From an uncultured Verrucomicrobiae bacterium (lineage in GTDB: Bacteria > Verrucomicrobiota > Verrucomicrobiia > Chthoniobacterales > UBA10450), in contig CAVYXA010000001.1 of NCBI GenBank assembly GCA_963772365.1, positions 864,001 through 928,000 of the forward strand: a stretch of 64,000 nucleotides of DNA. The letters run 5' to 3'. Positions 53,597 to 63,948 of this stretch are shown here, piece by piece. The notes under the pieces are model-generated. The model did no database searches, was not told the DNA's origin, and saw only the letters and a program-made list of their open reading frames with translations. Positions within the stretch are counted from its first letter, which is position 1. Every line of letters starts with the position of its first letter. A program made the translations under genes and the position numbers.

Positions 53597-55783
53597 TCAC
53601 CAAATATTTACCCGCTTATCTTCCGGCCGGACCATCTTCGAACCGTTCGGGATATTAAATGCCGTCTGAAACTCGGTCAGATTTGAAAGCGGTCCATCCA
53701 CACGATAATGCGCGGGCGAATGCGGGTCGGTGTTCAAGCGCAGTTTCAAATCTTCATCCCGCTGTTTTGCTTTCCAAATCGTTGCGTAGGAAAGAAAGAA
53801 CCGCTGGTCTGGAATGAACCCATCGATCTTTTGCCCGCGCTGCTGCGGATTTTTTTCGAGCGCTTTCTGAAGCGCGGCATAAGCCAGTTTGACTCCGCCG
53901 AGATCGGCAATGTTTTCGCCCTGGGTCAGCTCGCCGTTGATGTGCAATCCGGGTAGCGGTTCGTAACTGTTGTACTGGTCGACGACGGCTTGCGACCTTT
54001 TCTTGAATTCCGCAGCCGATTGAGGCGACCACCAATCGCGCAAATTTCCCTCCGCATCATATTGACGGCCCTGATCGTCGAACCCATGGGTCATTTCGTG
54101 TCCTATCACGGCGCCGATTCCGCCGTAGTTAATCGCGTCATCCGCATTGGCATAGAAGAATGGCGGTTGCAAGATGCCGGCGGGAAACACGATCTCGTTC
54201 ATGTTCGGGTTGTAGTAAGCGTTCACCGTCGGTGGCGTCATTCCCCACTCCGTAGGATCGACAGGTTTGCCGATTTTTTTTAGCTCTCGGTTTGTTTCCA
54301 ATTCAGCCGCGCGCATCGCGTTTAGAACATACGGACCGCGATCGACGCGCAGCATCGAGTAATCGAGCCATTTGTCCGGATAGCCAATCTTCACGTTCAT
54401 AGCCGCCAGTTTCTTGAGCGCTTCCTGTTTGGTCGGTTCGTCCATCCATTCCAAGGTTTTGATTCGATCGCTGAGCGCTTCCTTCAAGTTGTTCACCAGT
54501 TCCAGCGCACGCGCCTTTGCTTCCGGAGGAAAATTGTAAGCTACGTAAAGTTTGCCTAATGCTTCACCAACTGCCTGATCTGTCGAAGAAATGACCCGCT
54601 TCCAGCGAGGTTTGATTTCCTTCGTTCCGCGCAAGGTCCGCTGGTAAAAATTGAAATCCTCATCTACAAAATCCTTTGAGAGTTCGCCTGCGGCGTCGTT
54701 AACGAGATGCCAGCGTAGATATGCTTTCCAATCCTCCAGCGGCACGCTTTTGAACACGTCATCCGCAGCTTTGAAAAAGTCCGGCTGCTGAACATTGATG
54801 TCACGCGGTGCGATCAGATCGAGTTGTTTAAAATAATCGCTCCACTTCCAATCAGGAGTAAGATCCTCCAGCTGCCGCAACGGCATTTTGTTATAATTCT
54901 TCTGCGGGTCGCGCAGTTCGACGCGCGTGCGTGACGCCTGCGCGAGTTTGGTTTCCAGCGCGAGGATCTTTTTGGCATCTTCACCGGCAGAAGTCGCCGG
55001 CTGCCCAAGCAAAGTCAGCATCTTGGTGACATGATCGACATACTCATCCCTTAGTTTTTTCGAGTCTTCATCGGTCTTCGTGTAATAATCACGATCCGGC
55101 ATACCGAGGCCGCCTTGAAAAGCTTGAGCGATTTCGCGGGAGCTGTCCTTGTCATCCTGTCCGGAGGTAAAATTGAACAGCACACCGGTACCCATGCTGT
55201 GCAGGTGTGAAATTTCTTTCAGCAAATCGTTTCGATCTTTGATGGCAGCAATGCTTTTGAATTCGTCGTCCAACGGTTTGGCCCGAAGCGTCTCGATGGT
55301 CTTTTCATCCATGCCGCTGGCGTAGTAGTCGCCAACCTTCTGCACTTCGGGTGCAAGTTTAGGATCAACGTGGAAGTTCATCGCTTTGTCCGCAATGGTA
55401 TGAAGGGCGTCATTGTTCTTCTCGATCAGCTCGTTAAAACTTCCCCAACGCGAATATTGCGGCGGAATTGTCGTTCGCTTAAGCCAACCGCCGTTGGCGT
55501 ACAAGAAAAAATCGTCCTGCGGTTTGACTGACAAATCCATGTTTTTCGGATCGAGCGGCTGCGGATTTTTGTCGATCTTCGATTGTGGAATGCTGCCGCC
55601 TTTCCTGACAGGAGTGGAAATCGGACGCGGTGGCGGCGCAGCAGCAGGAGGTTTACCCGGTTTATGAACGGTCGGAGGTAGCGTAGCCGTGGAGAGTGGG
55701 CCGGATTTTTCGGACCCGGTCTGCGCATTCAGCATGGACGCGCACAAGAGAAAAATGACAGTGAAAAGAGTGGGCTTAAACAT
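53597..55783 (-). CDS. M13-family zinc metallopeptidase, secreted
   Basis: VNAYY, FPAGILQ, GHEMTHGFD, GENIAD, DPHSP; ATG 55783 with signal peptide. Confidence 0.95.
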   Translation of the reverse strand: MFKPTLFTVIFLLCASMLNAQTGSEKSGPLSTATLPPTVHKPGKPPAAAPPPRPISTPVRKGGSIPQSKIDKNPQPLDPKNMDLSVKPQDDFFLYANGGWLKRTTIPPQYSRWGSFNELIEKNNDALHTIADKAMNFHVDPKLAPEVQKVGDYYASGMDEKTIETLRAKPLDDEFKSIAAIKDRNDLLKEISHLHSMGTGVLFNFTSGQDDKDSSREIAQAFQGGLGMPDRDYYTKTDEDSKKLRDEYVDHVTKMLTLLGQPATSAGEDAKKILALETKLAQASRTRVELRDPQKNYNKMPLRQLEDLTPDWKWSDYFKQLDLIAPRDINVQQPDFFKAADDVFKSVPLEDWKAYLRWHLVNDAAGELSKDFVDEDFNFYQRTLRGTKEIKPRWKRVISSTDQAVGEALGKLYVAYNFPPEAKARALELVNNLKEALSDRIKTLEWMDEPTKQEALKKLAAMNVKIGYPDKWLDYSMLRVDRGPYVLNAMRAAELETNRELKKIGKPVDPTEWGMTPPTVNAYYNPNMNEIVFPAGILQPPFFYANADDAINYGGIGAVIGHEMTHGFDDQGRQYDAEGNLRDWWSPQSAAEFKKRSQAVVDQYNSYEPLPGLHINGELTQGENIADLGGVKLAYAALQKALEKNPQQRGQKIDGFIPDQRFFLSYATIWKAKQRDEDLKLRLNTDPHSPAHYRVDGPLSNLTEFQTAFNIPNGSKMVRPEDKRVNIW

Positions 55784-55867
55784 CTGACAATAAAGCCTAG
55801 AAGTTTCCATTTGTGCAATGTTTCGTCCGGCCAAAATTTGCATAACGTATCCGCTCCGCTTCACATC

Positions 55868-55966
55868 TTGCGAAGCTTTTGAAGTGCGCATGCGTCCGCG
55901 CATCGCTTTGTGCGTGAGAGGAGCCATTGGAAAACCGATGCGCGGACGTAGTCGCAGTCCTAAAGC
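55868..55966. repeat. REP-like paired palindrome (family shared with 30108-30220)
   Basis: gcgtccgcgcatcg ... cgatgcgcggacgt. Confidence 0.65.
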
Positions 55967-55994
55967 GCTTCCCGCGAAATCGTGAAAACGGATG

Positions 55995-56570
55995 TTATAA
56001 TTCCGGGCGCCGGGCGCGCGGTTCTCGATCCTTTGTAGTCGCTGTCGTTGGGACGGTGACGAATGGCCCACCTTCCATCGGCGCTGCTTTGGAGAACGCG
56101 ATGTCGGGCATCTCGCTCGGCAAACCTTCCAGCGGAAATTCTTTTCGCAATGGAAAGTAGGGATAACCGTCCCACATCAGAATCCGACGCAGATCGGGAT
56201 GACCAATGAACTTAAGTCCCATCATGTCGTAAACCTCGCGCTCGTGCCAATTCGCCGTCGGCCAGATATCGCAAACCGTATCTACCGCGCCGATCTCTTC
56301 CGAGACGCTCAGTTTCAAACGCAAATGAACAGCCAGGGTCATCGAATAAAGTTCGTAAACGATCTCGAACCGCGGTTCTTCGCCGAAATTGTCGATGCTG
56401 GTGATGTCGATCAAATAATCGAAGGAAAGATCATCCCGGCAAAACTTTGCCACTTCTCGCAGATCGTCGGGCGAAATCGTGAAAGTCGTTTCGCCGCGAA
56501 ATTCGGTTTGGTTCAGAATTTTTGAACCGAAAAGTTTGCTGAGTGAGGAAAGAAGTTCCTGGCCAGTCAT
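55995..56570 (-). CDS. nuoC: NADH-quinone oxidoreductase subunit C
   Basis: [37 protein letters not shown]. Confidence 0.93.
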   Translation of the reverse strand: MTGQELLSSLSKLFGSKILNQTEFRGETTFTISPDDLREVAKFCRDDLSFDYLIDITSIDNFGEEPRFEIVYELYSMTLAVHLRLKLSVSEEIGAVDTVCDIWPTANWHEREVYDMMGLKFIGHPDLRRILMWDGYPYFPLRKEFPLEGLPSEMPDIAFSKAAPMEGGPFVTVPTTATTKDREPRARRPEL

Positions 56571-57103
56571 GCGATAGCTTCCTGTAATTTTTTCGTGAGC
56601 TCCGGTTTCTGCGCGGCCAGCGAACGTTCGCCGGAAATTTTCTCCTGCAGCTTCATCAATCCCGCCAGCAAGGCTTCCGGGCGCGGCGGACAACCGGAAA
56701 TGTAAACATCGACTGGCAACAATTGATCGATTCCCTGGAGGACTGCATACGAGCGATACATTCCGCCGGTGGACGCGCACGCGCCCATGGCAATGACCCA
56801 TTTTGGCTCCGGCATTTGTTCGTAAATTCGCTTCACCGCTAAAGCCATTTTGTAAGTAACCGTGCCGGAAACGATCATCACGTCGCACTGTCGCGGTGAA
56901 AAACGCATGACTTCAGCGCCGAAACGAGAGATATCGAAGCGCGACGCAGCGGTGGCCATCAATTCAATGGCACAACAGGCCAATCCCATCGGCATCGGCC
57001 AAAGCGAATTCTTATGCACCCAGTTTAAGGCCGCGTCGAGACGCGTGAAAATCACGTTCCCCTCGATCTTCGAATCGTAAGCGGTAGCCTGGGTTTCGGG
57101 CAT
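56567..57103 (-). CDS. nuoB: NADH-quinone oxidoreductase subunit B
   Basis: [24 protein letters not shown]. Confidence 0.96.
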   Translation of the reverse strand: MPETQATAYDSKIEGNVIFTRLDAALNWVHKNSLWPMPMGLACCAIELMATAASRFDISRFGAEVMRFSPRQCDVMIVSGTVTYKMALAVKRIYEQMPEPKWVIAMGACASTGGMYRSYAVLQGIDQLLPVDVYISGCPPRPEALLAGLMKLQEKISGERSLAAQKPELTKKLQEAIA

Positions 57104-57314
57104 ATCAGAACACTAGAAGTCCGACCCAAGGTGGCAAACGGAAAAATGACTACGGAACGTGAATATCGCGTTCAATGCGAGACCGGTGATGGATCATGAC
57201 TATTTGCCAAAAACCCAGGTTTGTGGAAAGAGTGTGAACCGCTTCTTGCCTGAGGCGGTACCGGATTTCAGACGAAAACCGGCGAAAGTACGCAACCACA
57301 GAACCATAATCATC

Positions 57315-59087
57315 ATGAAGAGCGATAGTGCACAATCTCAAGGTCATCTGATCGCGCCGCATGGCGGCGAATTGGTTGACCTTAAGCTGAAACCGGAAAA
57401 TGCCGCAGAACTCAAAGCGCGCTCCAAAGATTTTCCTTCCTGGGATCTGACGAATCGGCAGATCCGCGACCTTGAGCTTCTCATGAGCGGCGGATTCTCG
57501 CCGCTACGCGGTTTTATGAACCGCAAGGATTACGACGGGGTCTGCCACGAGATGAAATTGAGCAATGGCTTGCTCTGGCCAATTCCGATTACGCTCGATG
57601 TGCCGGAGGCGTTTGCGAAATCACTTAAACCCGGGAGCAGCAAAATCGCGCTACGGGATTCGGAAGGCGTGATGCTCGCCGTCCTGTATGTGGAGGATGT
57701 CTGGCAGCCCGATCGCAAGGCCGAAGCGCAAGCTGTTTTGGGAACCACCAACACAGCGCACCCCGGGGTCGATTATCTTCTGAATAGAGGACATGGCTGG
57801 TACGTGGGCGGACGCGTGGAAGGTTTACAATTGCCTACGCATTACGATTTCCGCCCCCTTCGGCTCACACCGTCAGATCTGCGGGAGGAGTTCGTGCGCT
57901 TGGGCTGGCGTCGCATTGTCGGATTCCAGACCCGCAACCCGATGCATCGCGCGCACGTGGAATTAACATTTCGTGCCGCGAGCCAGGTCGAAGCCAGCCT
58001 TTTGATTCATCCATCCGTCGGCATGACCCGACCCGGCGATGTAGATTATTTCACCCGTGTGCGTTGCTACCAGTTGCTTACGTCCAAGTATCCGCGCGGC
58101 ACGGCCAAGCTTGCCTTATTGCCTTTAGCGATGAGGATGGGCGGACCGCGGGAAGCAATCTGGCACGCGCTCATTCGAAAAAATCACGGCTGCTCGCATT
58201 TTATTGTGGGGCGCGATCACGCAGGTCCAGGGAACGATGTCGATGGTAAGCCATTCTATGGCCCATATGACGCACAGGAGCTGTTCCGCAAACACCAGGC
58301 CGAGATTGGCGTCGAGATGGTGCCGTTCCAAATGATGGTCTATGTAGAGGATCGCGATAAATATTTCCCGGAAAACGAAGTGCCACCGGGCTCGCGGGTG
58401 CTTACTCTCTCAGGGACGCAATTGCGGCGACGGCTAAACGACGGCCGCGAAATTCCGGAGTGGTTCACGTTTCCCGAAATCTCGCGCGAACTGCGGCGCA
58501 CCTTTGCGCCACGGCATAAACAAGGGATGACCATATTTTTTACCGGTCTCTCGGGTGCAGGTAAATCAACGATCGCGAACGTGCTAATGATTAAGCTTCT
58601 CGAAATGGGCGGCCGGCCCGTGACGTTGCTCGACGGAGATCTGGTGCGAAAACATCTCTCTTCAGAACTCGGTTTTTCAAAGGAACATCGCGACATCAAC
58701 ATTCGCCGCATTGGTTACGTTGCCTCCGAGATCACGAAGAACGGCGGTATCGCGATCTGCGCACCGATTGCGCCGTATGATACCACCCGCAAGGACGTGA
58801 GAACAATGATCGAGCCTGTTGGTGGCTTCGTCCTGGTGCACCTTTCTACCCCCGTCGAAGTCTGCGAAGAACGCGACCGAAAAGGACTCTATGCGAAAGC
58901 ACGTGCCGGCATCTTGAAGGAATTTACTGGAATATCAGATCCGTACGAAGAGCCGACGGACGCGGAGGTGACGGTTGACACAGGGGAGCTGTCGCCTGAG
59001 GAAGCTGCTCAGGAGATCATCTTGCATTTGGAACGAGAAGGCTTCGTCGGCATCAATGTCGCGACGCCGGATTCAATTACCACGTAG
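57315..59087 (+). CDS. sat: Bifunctional sulfate adenylyltransferase / APS kinase
   Basis: FQTRNPMHRAH, GRDHAG; TGLSGAGKST, LDGD, RDRKGLY, FTGISDPYE. Confidence 0.95.
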   Translation: MKSDSAQSQGHLIAPHGGELVDLKLKPENAAELKARSKDFPSWDLTNRQIRDLELLMSGGFSPLRGFMNRKDYDGVCHEMKLSNGLLWPIPITLDVPEAFAKSLKPGSSKIALRDSEGVMLAVLYVEDVWQPDRKAEAQAVLGTTNTAHPGVDYLLNRGHGWYVGGRVEGLQLPTHYDFRPLRLTPSDLREEFVRLGWRRIVGFQTRNPMHRAHVELTFRAASQVEASLLIHPSVGMTRPGDVDYFTRVRCYQLLTSKYPRGTAKLALLPLAMRMGGPREAIWHALIRKNHGCSHFIVGRDHAGPGNDVDGKPFYGPYDAQELFRKHQAEIGVEMVPFQMMVYVEDRDKYFPENEVPPGSRVLTLSGTQLRRRLNDGREIPEWFTFPEISRELRRTFAPRHKQGMTIFFTGLSGAGKSTIANVLMIKLLEMGGRPVTLLDGDLVRKHLSSELGFSKEHRDINIRRIGYVASEITKNGGIAICAPIAPYDTTRKDVRTMIEPVGGFVLVHLSTPVEVCEERDRKGLYAKARAGILKEFTGISDPYEEPTDAEVTVDTGELSPEEAAQEIILHLEREGFVGINVATPDSITT

Positions 59088-59103
59088 CCGCAGCCGAAAG
59101 CGA

Positions 59104-59529
59104 GTGATTGAGATTCGCGAGGCAAAGTTGAGCGATGCCGGGGCCGTTGCTCAACTAATGTGCGAACTAGGCTATCCCACGACTGCTGTAGAAATGGAAC
59201 AGCGGTTGACCTCGATCCTTGCAAACTCTTCCTACAAGACTTTGATTGCGATTGTCGATGGTCGCGCCTGCGGAATGATCGGCACGATTGTTCAATCCAG
59301 CTATGAACATAACGATCCAGGCGGCCGAATTCTCGCCCTCGCAATATCGCAAACGATGCGCCGCCGCGGAATTGGTCGTGCGCTGATTGCAACTGCAGAA
59401 AAAGACTTTGCCCAAAAAGGAATCAGGCGCGTCGCTTTGAACACACGGCTTGTCCGCGAAGATGCCCACAAGTTCTATGAGTCGCTCGGTTACGAACGGA
59501 ACGGCTGGCGATTCGTGAAAAATCTCTAG
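59104..59529 (+). CDS. GNAT N-acetyltransferase
   Basis: ELGYP, RRRGIGRAL, AHKFYESLGY. Confidence 0.88.
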   Translation: MIEIREAKLSDAGAVAQLMCELGYPTTAVEMEQRLTSILANSSYKTLIAIVDGRACGMIGTIVQSSYEHNDPGGRILALAISQTMRRRGIGRALIATAEKDFAQKGIRRVALNTRLVREDAHKFYESLGYERNGWRFVKNL

Positions 59530-62500
59530 GCCACGCACGTGGCCAGTCGTCCCCCCTCGATGTGCCCGCCATAATTCACATGGCTGGATTGGATGACTTC
59601 ATGGACGATTTTGCCGAGCTCGGCTGCTTCGTACGGTTTCGCAATCACGCCGCGGAAACCGAAATCTTGATAGCGGCTCATGGTTGCATCCGTAGCATAA
59701 CCACTGGAGACGATAGCGTTCACGGTGGGATCGATCTCGATCAGTTTTTTCAACGCTTCCTTACCACCCATGCCGCCGGGCAGAGTTAGGTCGAGAATGA
59801 CAGCATCGAAACGTTCTCCGGCCTCGAGCTTTTGCCGGTAGTAATTGATTCCTTCGAGCGCGGTCGCGGCCGCCGTTACCTGATAGCCAAGACGGCCGAG
59901 AGTAAATTCGACGAGCGCGCGGATCGCTTCCTCATCATCGACAACCAGAATGCGACCGCTTCCGGTCATTGCCTGTGTAAAGCTGGGAGACTGTTCGACC
60001 GGCAATTCCTGATGGAGCGCGGCGGGGAGATATACATTGAAGGTGGAGCCGGCATGTACCTCGGATTCGACCGTGATGAGGCCGTTGTGGCTCTTGATTA
60101 TCGAATAGGAAGTCGCCAGACCGAGGCCATTTCCTTTCGGCTTCGTGGTAAAGTACGGATCGAAAATCCTCTTGAGATACTGCTCGGGAATTCCGACACC
60201 CTCATCACGAATTCGAATACGAATGTAATCGCCGGGAGACAAATCGGGAATGGTTTGGCCGGTGGTGGAATCGCAGCGGAAATTCTCGCAGCTCACGTGG
60301 AGTGTCCCGCCATTGGGCATCGCCTGATCGGCATTGACCACCAGATTGGCTATGACCTGACTGATTTGACCGGGATCGATCTCCGCCGGCCAAAGATCGG
60401 CGCCGAAGGAAAATTGGCTGCGGCTGTGGCTCCCGCGCAATGAGAAACCGACCGTATCCTGAATCAGCTTGCCGATCGAAGTAGTCTTCTTGATAGGCGC
60501 ACCGCCGCGGGCAAATGTCAGGAGCTGCTGAGCAAGGTCGCGGGCGCGCATCGATGCATTTTTGGCATCAATCAGGCGCGTGGCCATTTCGTCGTTCGGC
60601 GGAAGAAGCAGTGAAGCGAGCGAGACGTTGCCGATGATCGCGGTGAGAAGATTATTGAAATCGTGCGCAATGCCGCCTGCAAGCAATCCGAGTTGTTCCA
60701 GCGTTTCCGCTTTCCGTCGTTCCGCTTCCGCCCGCTGCCGCTCGGTAATATCGCGGAAAACCAGGACGACGCCCGCTACTTCATTCTTATTATCTCGAAT
60801 GGGCGAGGCCACCTGTTCGACAGTGCGCTCGCTGCCGTCGCGGGCCACCAGAGTCGCATTTTCCGGAAGACTAAGGAGAATGGATTGAGCTTCATTTCGA
60901 TAGCCGCTTTGTTGAGCGCGCTCCTGTGCGGCGAGATCGAGAACCATATTGAACACCGATTTGAGCGGCTTGCCGACTGACTCCTGTGAGGACCAGCCGG
61001 TCAGACGTTCCGCTTCGTTGTTCATCATGATGATGCGCCCCTGCACATCGGTCGTGATCACTCCATCGCCTATCGAACGCAGCGTAACCGCGAGGCTCTC
61101 TTTTTCCGCCGCGATCTCCTTTTCGAATCGCATCCGCTCCGTCACGTCACGCACCATTGCGACATAAAACTGCTGACCATCTACAAGCATCTCGCTGAGT
61201 GAAATCTCAGCGTGGAAACTCACCAGATTGCGGGTGCGGCCGAGACCCAGAATCGTACTCCCGGTGCGTTTAGCCATTTCTCGCCAGGCAATTGCAACGG
61301 GTTTGTCCTCAGGTTCGTTCCCGTACCACTTCGGAACGAGCTTCGTGAGTTTGTAACCCGTCATTTCATTTTCGCGGTAGCCGAACATTTTTTCCGCCGC
61401 TGGATTCATCGAACAAATCACGCCCTGTTCATCCAGCGTGATCATTCCATCGAGAATGTTGTGGATGATGGATTGAATACGGGTTTCGACTCCTTCGAGT
61501 TTGGTCAACTGCCGCCGAACGAGCACGAAGCTGTAACTGTTCGAAGTCACCAGAAGCGCCACTGCGAGCAAGGCCAGACACCCAAGGACGAGAGTTCTGA
61601 TGATGCGAGAATGGCTAGCCGCATTCGTCCGCGCCTCATAAATGTTGAGCTCATTTTTCTCCAAGTTGCCAACCGTTTGTTGAAGGTCGTTGACCAAGGT
61701 TTCGCTCGAATCGGTGGAGACCGTTGCGGTCAAACCCTGCCCCGCGCGCCGGCTTTCGATTTCCGGTGTGGCTGCTTTGAGCCATTGTTCGAGATTCGCA
61801 CGGACGTTCGCCAGCATTTCTGCTTGTTTCGGAGCATTCGCCACCAGCACCGACAGATATCCATGATAGGTGTAGAAATCACTCAGCGCGCCTTTGTATG
61901 CCTCGAGATACTTGGAATCACCGGTTAGCAAAAATCCCCGTTTTTCCTTCTGCATTTCGACGACGGCCCGCTCCAATTTTGGTAGAAAATTGAGAATCTG
62001 GGTGGATTTGGTAGCCCATTCCTGTTCCAACATCCGCTGATTAAGAATGATTTGTTCTTCGTCCTGGAGTGATTGCAGAATCTCCCGAGCCTGATTTAAA
62101 ACCGGATCGCCTAGATCTATTGGGTTACCGTCCGGGTTAGAGGTTTCCTTTTTACGGTTCTCGATTTGTGGCAGAGCGACTTTGTCGATCCAGTTTTGCA
62201 CGACATCCTGCACTTTCATAACCCGCTGGCGCTGTTTGGCATTGTGAGCGACCAACGAAGCCAATGTTTGCGTCCGGCTATTTATAGAATTGCGGCGTTC
62301 GTCGAACGAGGTGATGTAAGAAGGCTCTTTGCTAAGCAAGAAACCGCGATAGGCTGTTTCAAGAGTGGCGATATCATTTTCAACGACGCTGCTCAGGCGC
62401 ATCACTTCGATGGTATGAGCACGTAAGACGTCTTGATAGTGATCGCGAAATGTGACGTAGAGGAAAATTCCGGCCAGCAGAACAATCACCGTCACGCCTG

Positions 62501-62630
62501 CCGCAGTGCCCGAGAGCACTTTAAAATGAAAATGTTGTTGGCTGAAAAGCCAGTCCGTGCTTCTTCGGAATAATCCGAATAAGCCGCGTCGTGGTATTTC
62601 GCTCTGGTTAGGCAGATCGGCTTGTCCCAT
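59526..62630 (-). CDS. Hybrid sensor kinase: 2x CHASE3-like, 2x PAS, HisKA, HATPase, REC
   Basis: ETAYRGFLL and KEKRGFLLTG, AHDFNNLL, GNGLGL, VVDDE, LDLTLP, AKPY; own ATG at 62630. Confidence 0.92.
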   Translation of the reverse strand: MGQADLPNQSEIPRRGLFGLFRRSTDWLFSQQHFHFKVLSGTAAGVTVIVLLAGIFLYVTFRDHYQDVLRAHTIEVMRLSSVVENDIATLETAYRGFLLSKEPSYITSFDERRNSINSRTQTLASLVAHNAKQRQRVMKVQDVVQNWIDKVALPQIENRKKETSNPDGNPIDLGDPVLNQAREILQSLQDEEQIILNQRMLEQEWATKSTQILNFLPKLERAVVEMQKEKRGFLLTGDSKYLEAYKGALSDFYTYHGYLSVLVANAPKQAEMLANVRANLEQWLKAATPEIESRRAGQGLTATVSTDSSETLVNDLQQTVGNLEKNELNIYEARTNAASHSRIIRTLVLGCLALLAVALLVTSNSYSFVLVRRQLTKLEGVETRIQSIIHNILDGMITLDEQGVICSMNPAAEKMFGYRENEMTGYKLTKLVPKWYGNEPEDKPVAIAWREMAKRTGSTILGLGRTRNLVSFHAEISLSEMLVDGQQFYVAMVRDVTERMRFEKEIAAEKESLAVTLRSIGDGVITTDVQGRIIMMNNEAERLTGWSSQESVGKPLKSVFNMVLDLAAQERAQQSGYRNEAQSILLSLPENATLVARDGSERTVEQVASPIRDNKNEVAGVVLVFRDITERQRAEAERRKAETLEQLGLLAGGIAHDFNNLLTAIIGNVSLASLLLPPNDEMATRLIDAKNASMRARDLAQQLLTFARGGAPIKKTTSIGKLIQDTVGFSLRGSHSRSQFSFGADLWPAEIDPGQISQVIANLVVNADQAMPNGGTLHVSCENFRCDSTTGQTIPDLSPGDYIRIRIRDEGVGIPEQYLKRIFDPYFTTKPKGNGLGLATSYSIIKSHNGLITVESEVHAGSTFNVYLPAALHQELPVEQSPSFTQAMTGSGRILVVDDEEAIRALVEFTLGRLGYQVTAAATALEGINYYRQKLEAGERFDAVILDLTLPGGMGGKEALKKLIEIDPTVNAIVSSGYATDATMSRYQDFGFRGVIAKPYEAAELGKIVHEVIQSSHVNYGGHIEGGRLATCVA

Positions 62631-62644
62631 TATAATTATTAGAA

Positions 62645-62660
62645 AGCAGGTCTCCTGCCA
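62645..62660 (-). promoter_or_regulatory. Putative sigma54 -24/-12 promoter
   Basis: TGGCAGGAGACCTGCT (GG-N10-GC), 15 nt before ATG 62630. Confidence 0.7.
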
Positions 62661-62710
62661 ATTCCGATCCGCCGCATACTCATCGCCAACGCCAACCTCT
62701 GAAAGCAATC

Positions 62711-63485
62711 TTAGTACCCGAACTCGAAGCAGAAATAATCCTTCGGCCGGCGCGACAAAACGATCGGAACCAGCCGTCGCAGACTTGAGCCGGGCTTTGA
62801 TCTGCTGCGGCGTTAACTTGCCCAACGCACACTGCATGGCCGCTCCGACCATTAACCGCACCATTTTATATAAGAACCCATCGCCCTCGATATCGATCGT
62901 GATGCATCGACTGTTACGACGAACCCGAATGGAGTGGATTGTCCGGACTGTATCGGATCTCTTAAGAGGGCAATTTGGTTTTACGGCTGATGACTTCCCG
63001 CGATTCGCAGCGAATGCCGCAAAATCATGCGTCCCGACAAACTCAGCTAGAGCCCGGTTTAATAAACTAAAATCGAATGGAGCGGCGATATGCCAGACGC
63101 GGTTCAATTCGAACGGAGGCAGAACTGGCCCTGCCCAGATTCGATAGCGGTAAACCTTGCCTCTAGCCGAAAACCGGGCGTGGAATCGCGGTGAAACATA
63201 TCGACAACGAAGAACCCGAATCGTCGGTGGCAGTAGCGCGTTCAAAGCTACCGTCCAACGCGGCGGTGATAAGCGCGTGTTACTAAGATCGACATGAGCG
63301 CATTGAGCAAGCGCGTGAACGCCCGTATCCGTTCGGCCGGCGCCATGAACTCTCACGCGCTCACCGCTTATTTTTTCAAACGCAAGTTCAAGACGATCCT
63401 GGATCGTCTTGCGATGGGTTTGGCTTTGCCATCCAGCGAATGACGTGCCGTCGTACGCTACGATCAATTTTAATCGACGCGACAT
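62711..63485 (-). CDS. truA: tRNA pseudouridine(38-40) synthase
   Basis: YDGTSFAGWQ, AGRTDTGVHA, FHARFSA, GTHDF, GFLYKMVR; stop restored (RVRY*) by removing one base near 62718. Confidence 0.93.
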
Positions 63486-63501
63486 GCCAGCGTGCCGACG
63501 G

Positions 63502-63948
63502 TTACGATTCCGGGAACGGCATCGCATCGGAGGCTCGTTGGCGGTCGAGATATCCTTGCAAGATCATTTGGGCGGCAACTTGATCGATATAGCCACGGGT
63601 CTGTCGCGTTTTTTTTCCGGCTTCGCGAAGGGCGCGGTTCGCCGCTACAGTTGTTAATCGTTCGTCCCAGGTAACAATTTCGCACGAAACAAGCGGGCGC
63701 AGTTTTTCGACGAACCGCAATGCTTCATCCGCCGCCGGACCGATTTGTCCATTCATCTGACGCGGAATTCCGACCACAACCCGGCCAATCTTTTTCTCGC
63801 GGACGATTTCGGCTATTCGAGAAGGCGATTTCTTGTCAGCGGCAATCGTCTGGAGCGGGTGTGCCAGCATCAATAATTCATCTGAGATCGCCAGCCCAAT
63901 GCGAGCACGGCCATAGTCAACTCCCAACACTGGATTTATCGCGGCCAT
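63502..63948 (-). CDS. ruvX: RuvX/YqgF family nuclease
   Basis: LGVDYGRARIGLAISD, VVGIP, WDERLTT, IDQVAA. Confidence 0.93.
   Translation of the reverse strand: MAAINPVLGVDYGRARIGLAISDELLMLAHPLQTIAADKKSPSRIAEIVREKKIGRVVVGIPRQMNGQIGPAADEALRFVEKLRPLVSCEIVTWDERLTTVAANRALREAGKKTRQTRGYIDQVAAQMILQGYLDRQRASDAMPFPES

Noticed and set aside
53321..53686. 121-aa plus-strand ORF
   Set aside because: Antisense shadow of the 49-aa basic protein; most other overlapping short ORFs were dismissed the same way
59526..63527. 1333-aa TruA-histidine kinase fusion in the ORF track
   Set aside because: Removing one base near 62718 gives the normal RVRY* end, and the apparent linker holds the kinase's own sigma54-type promoter and ATG
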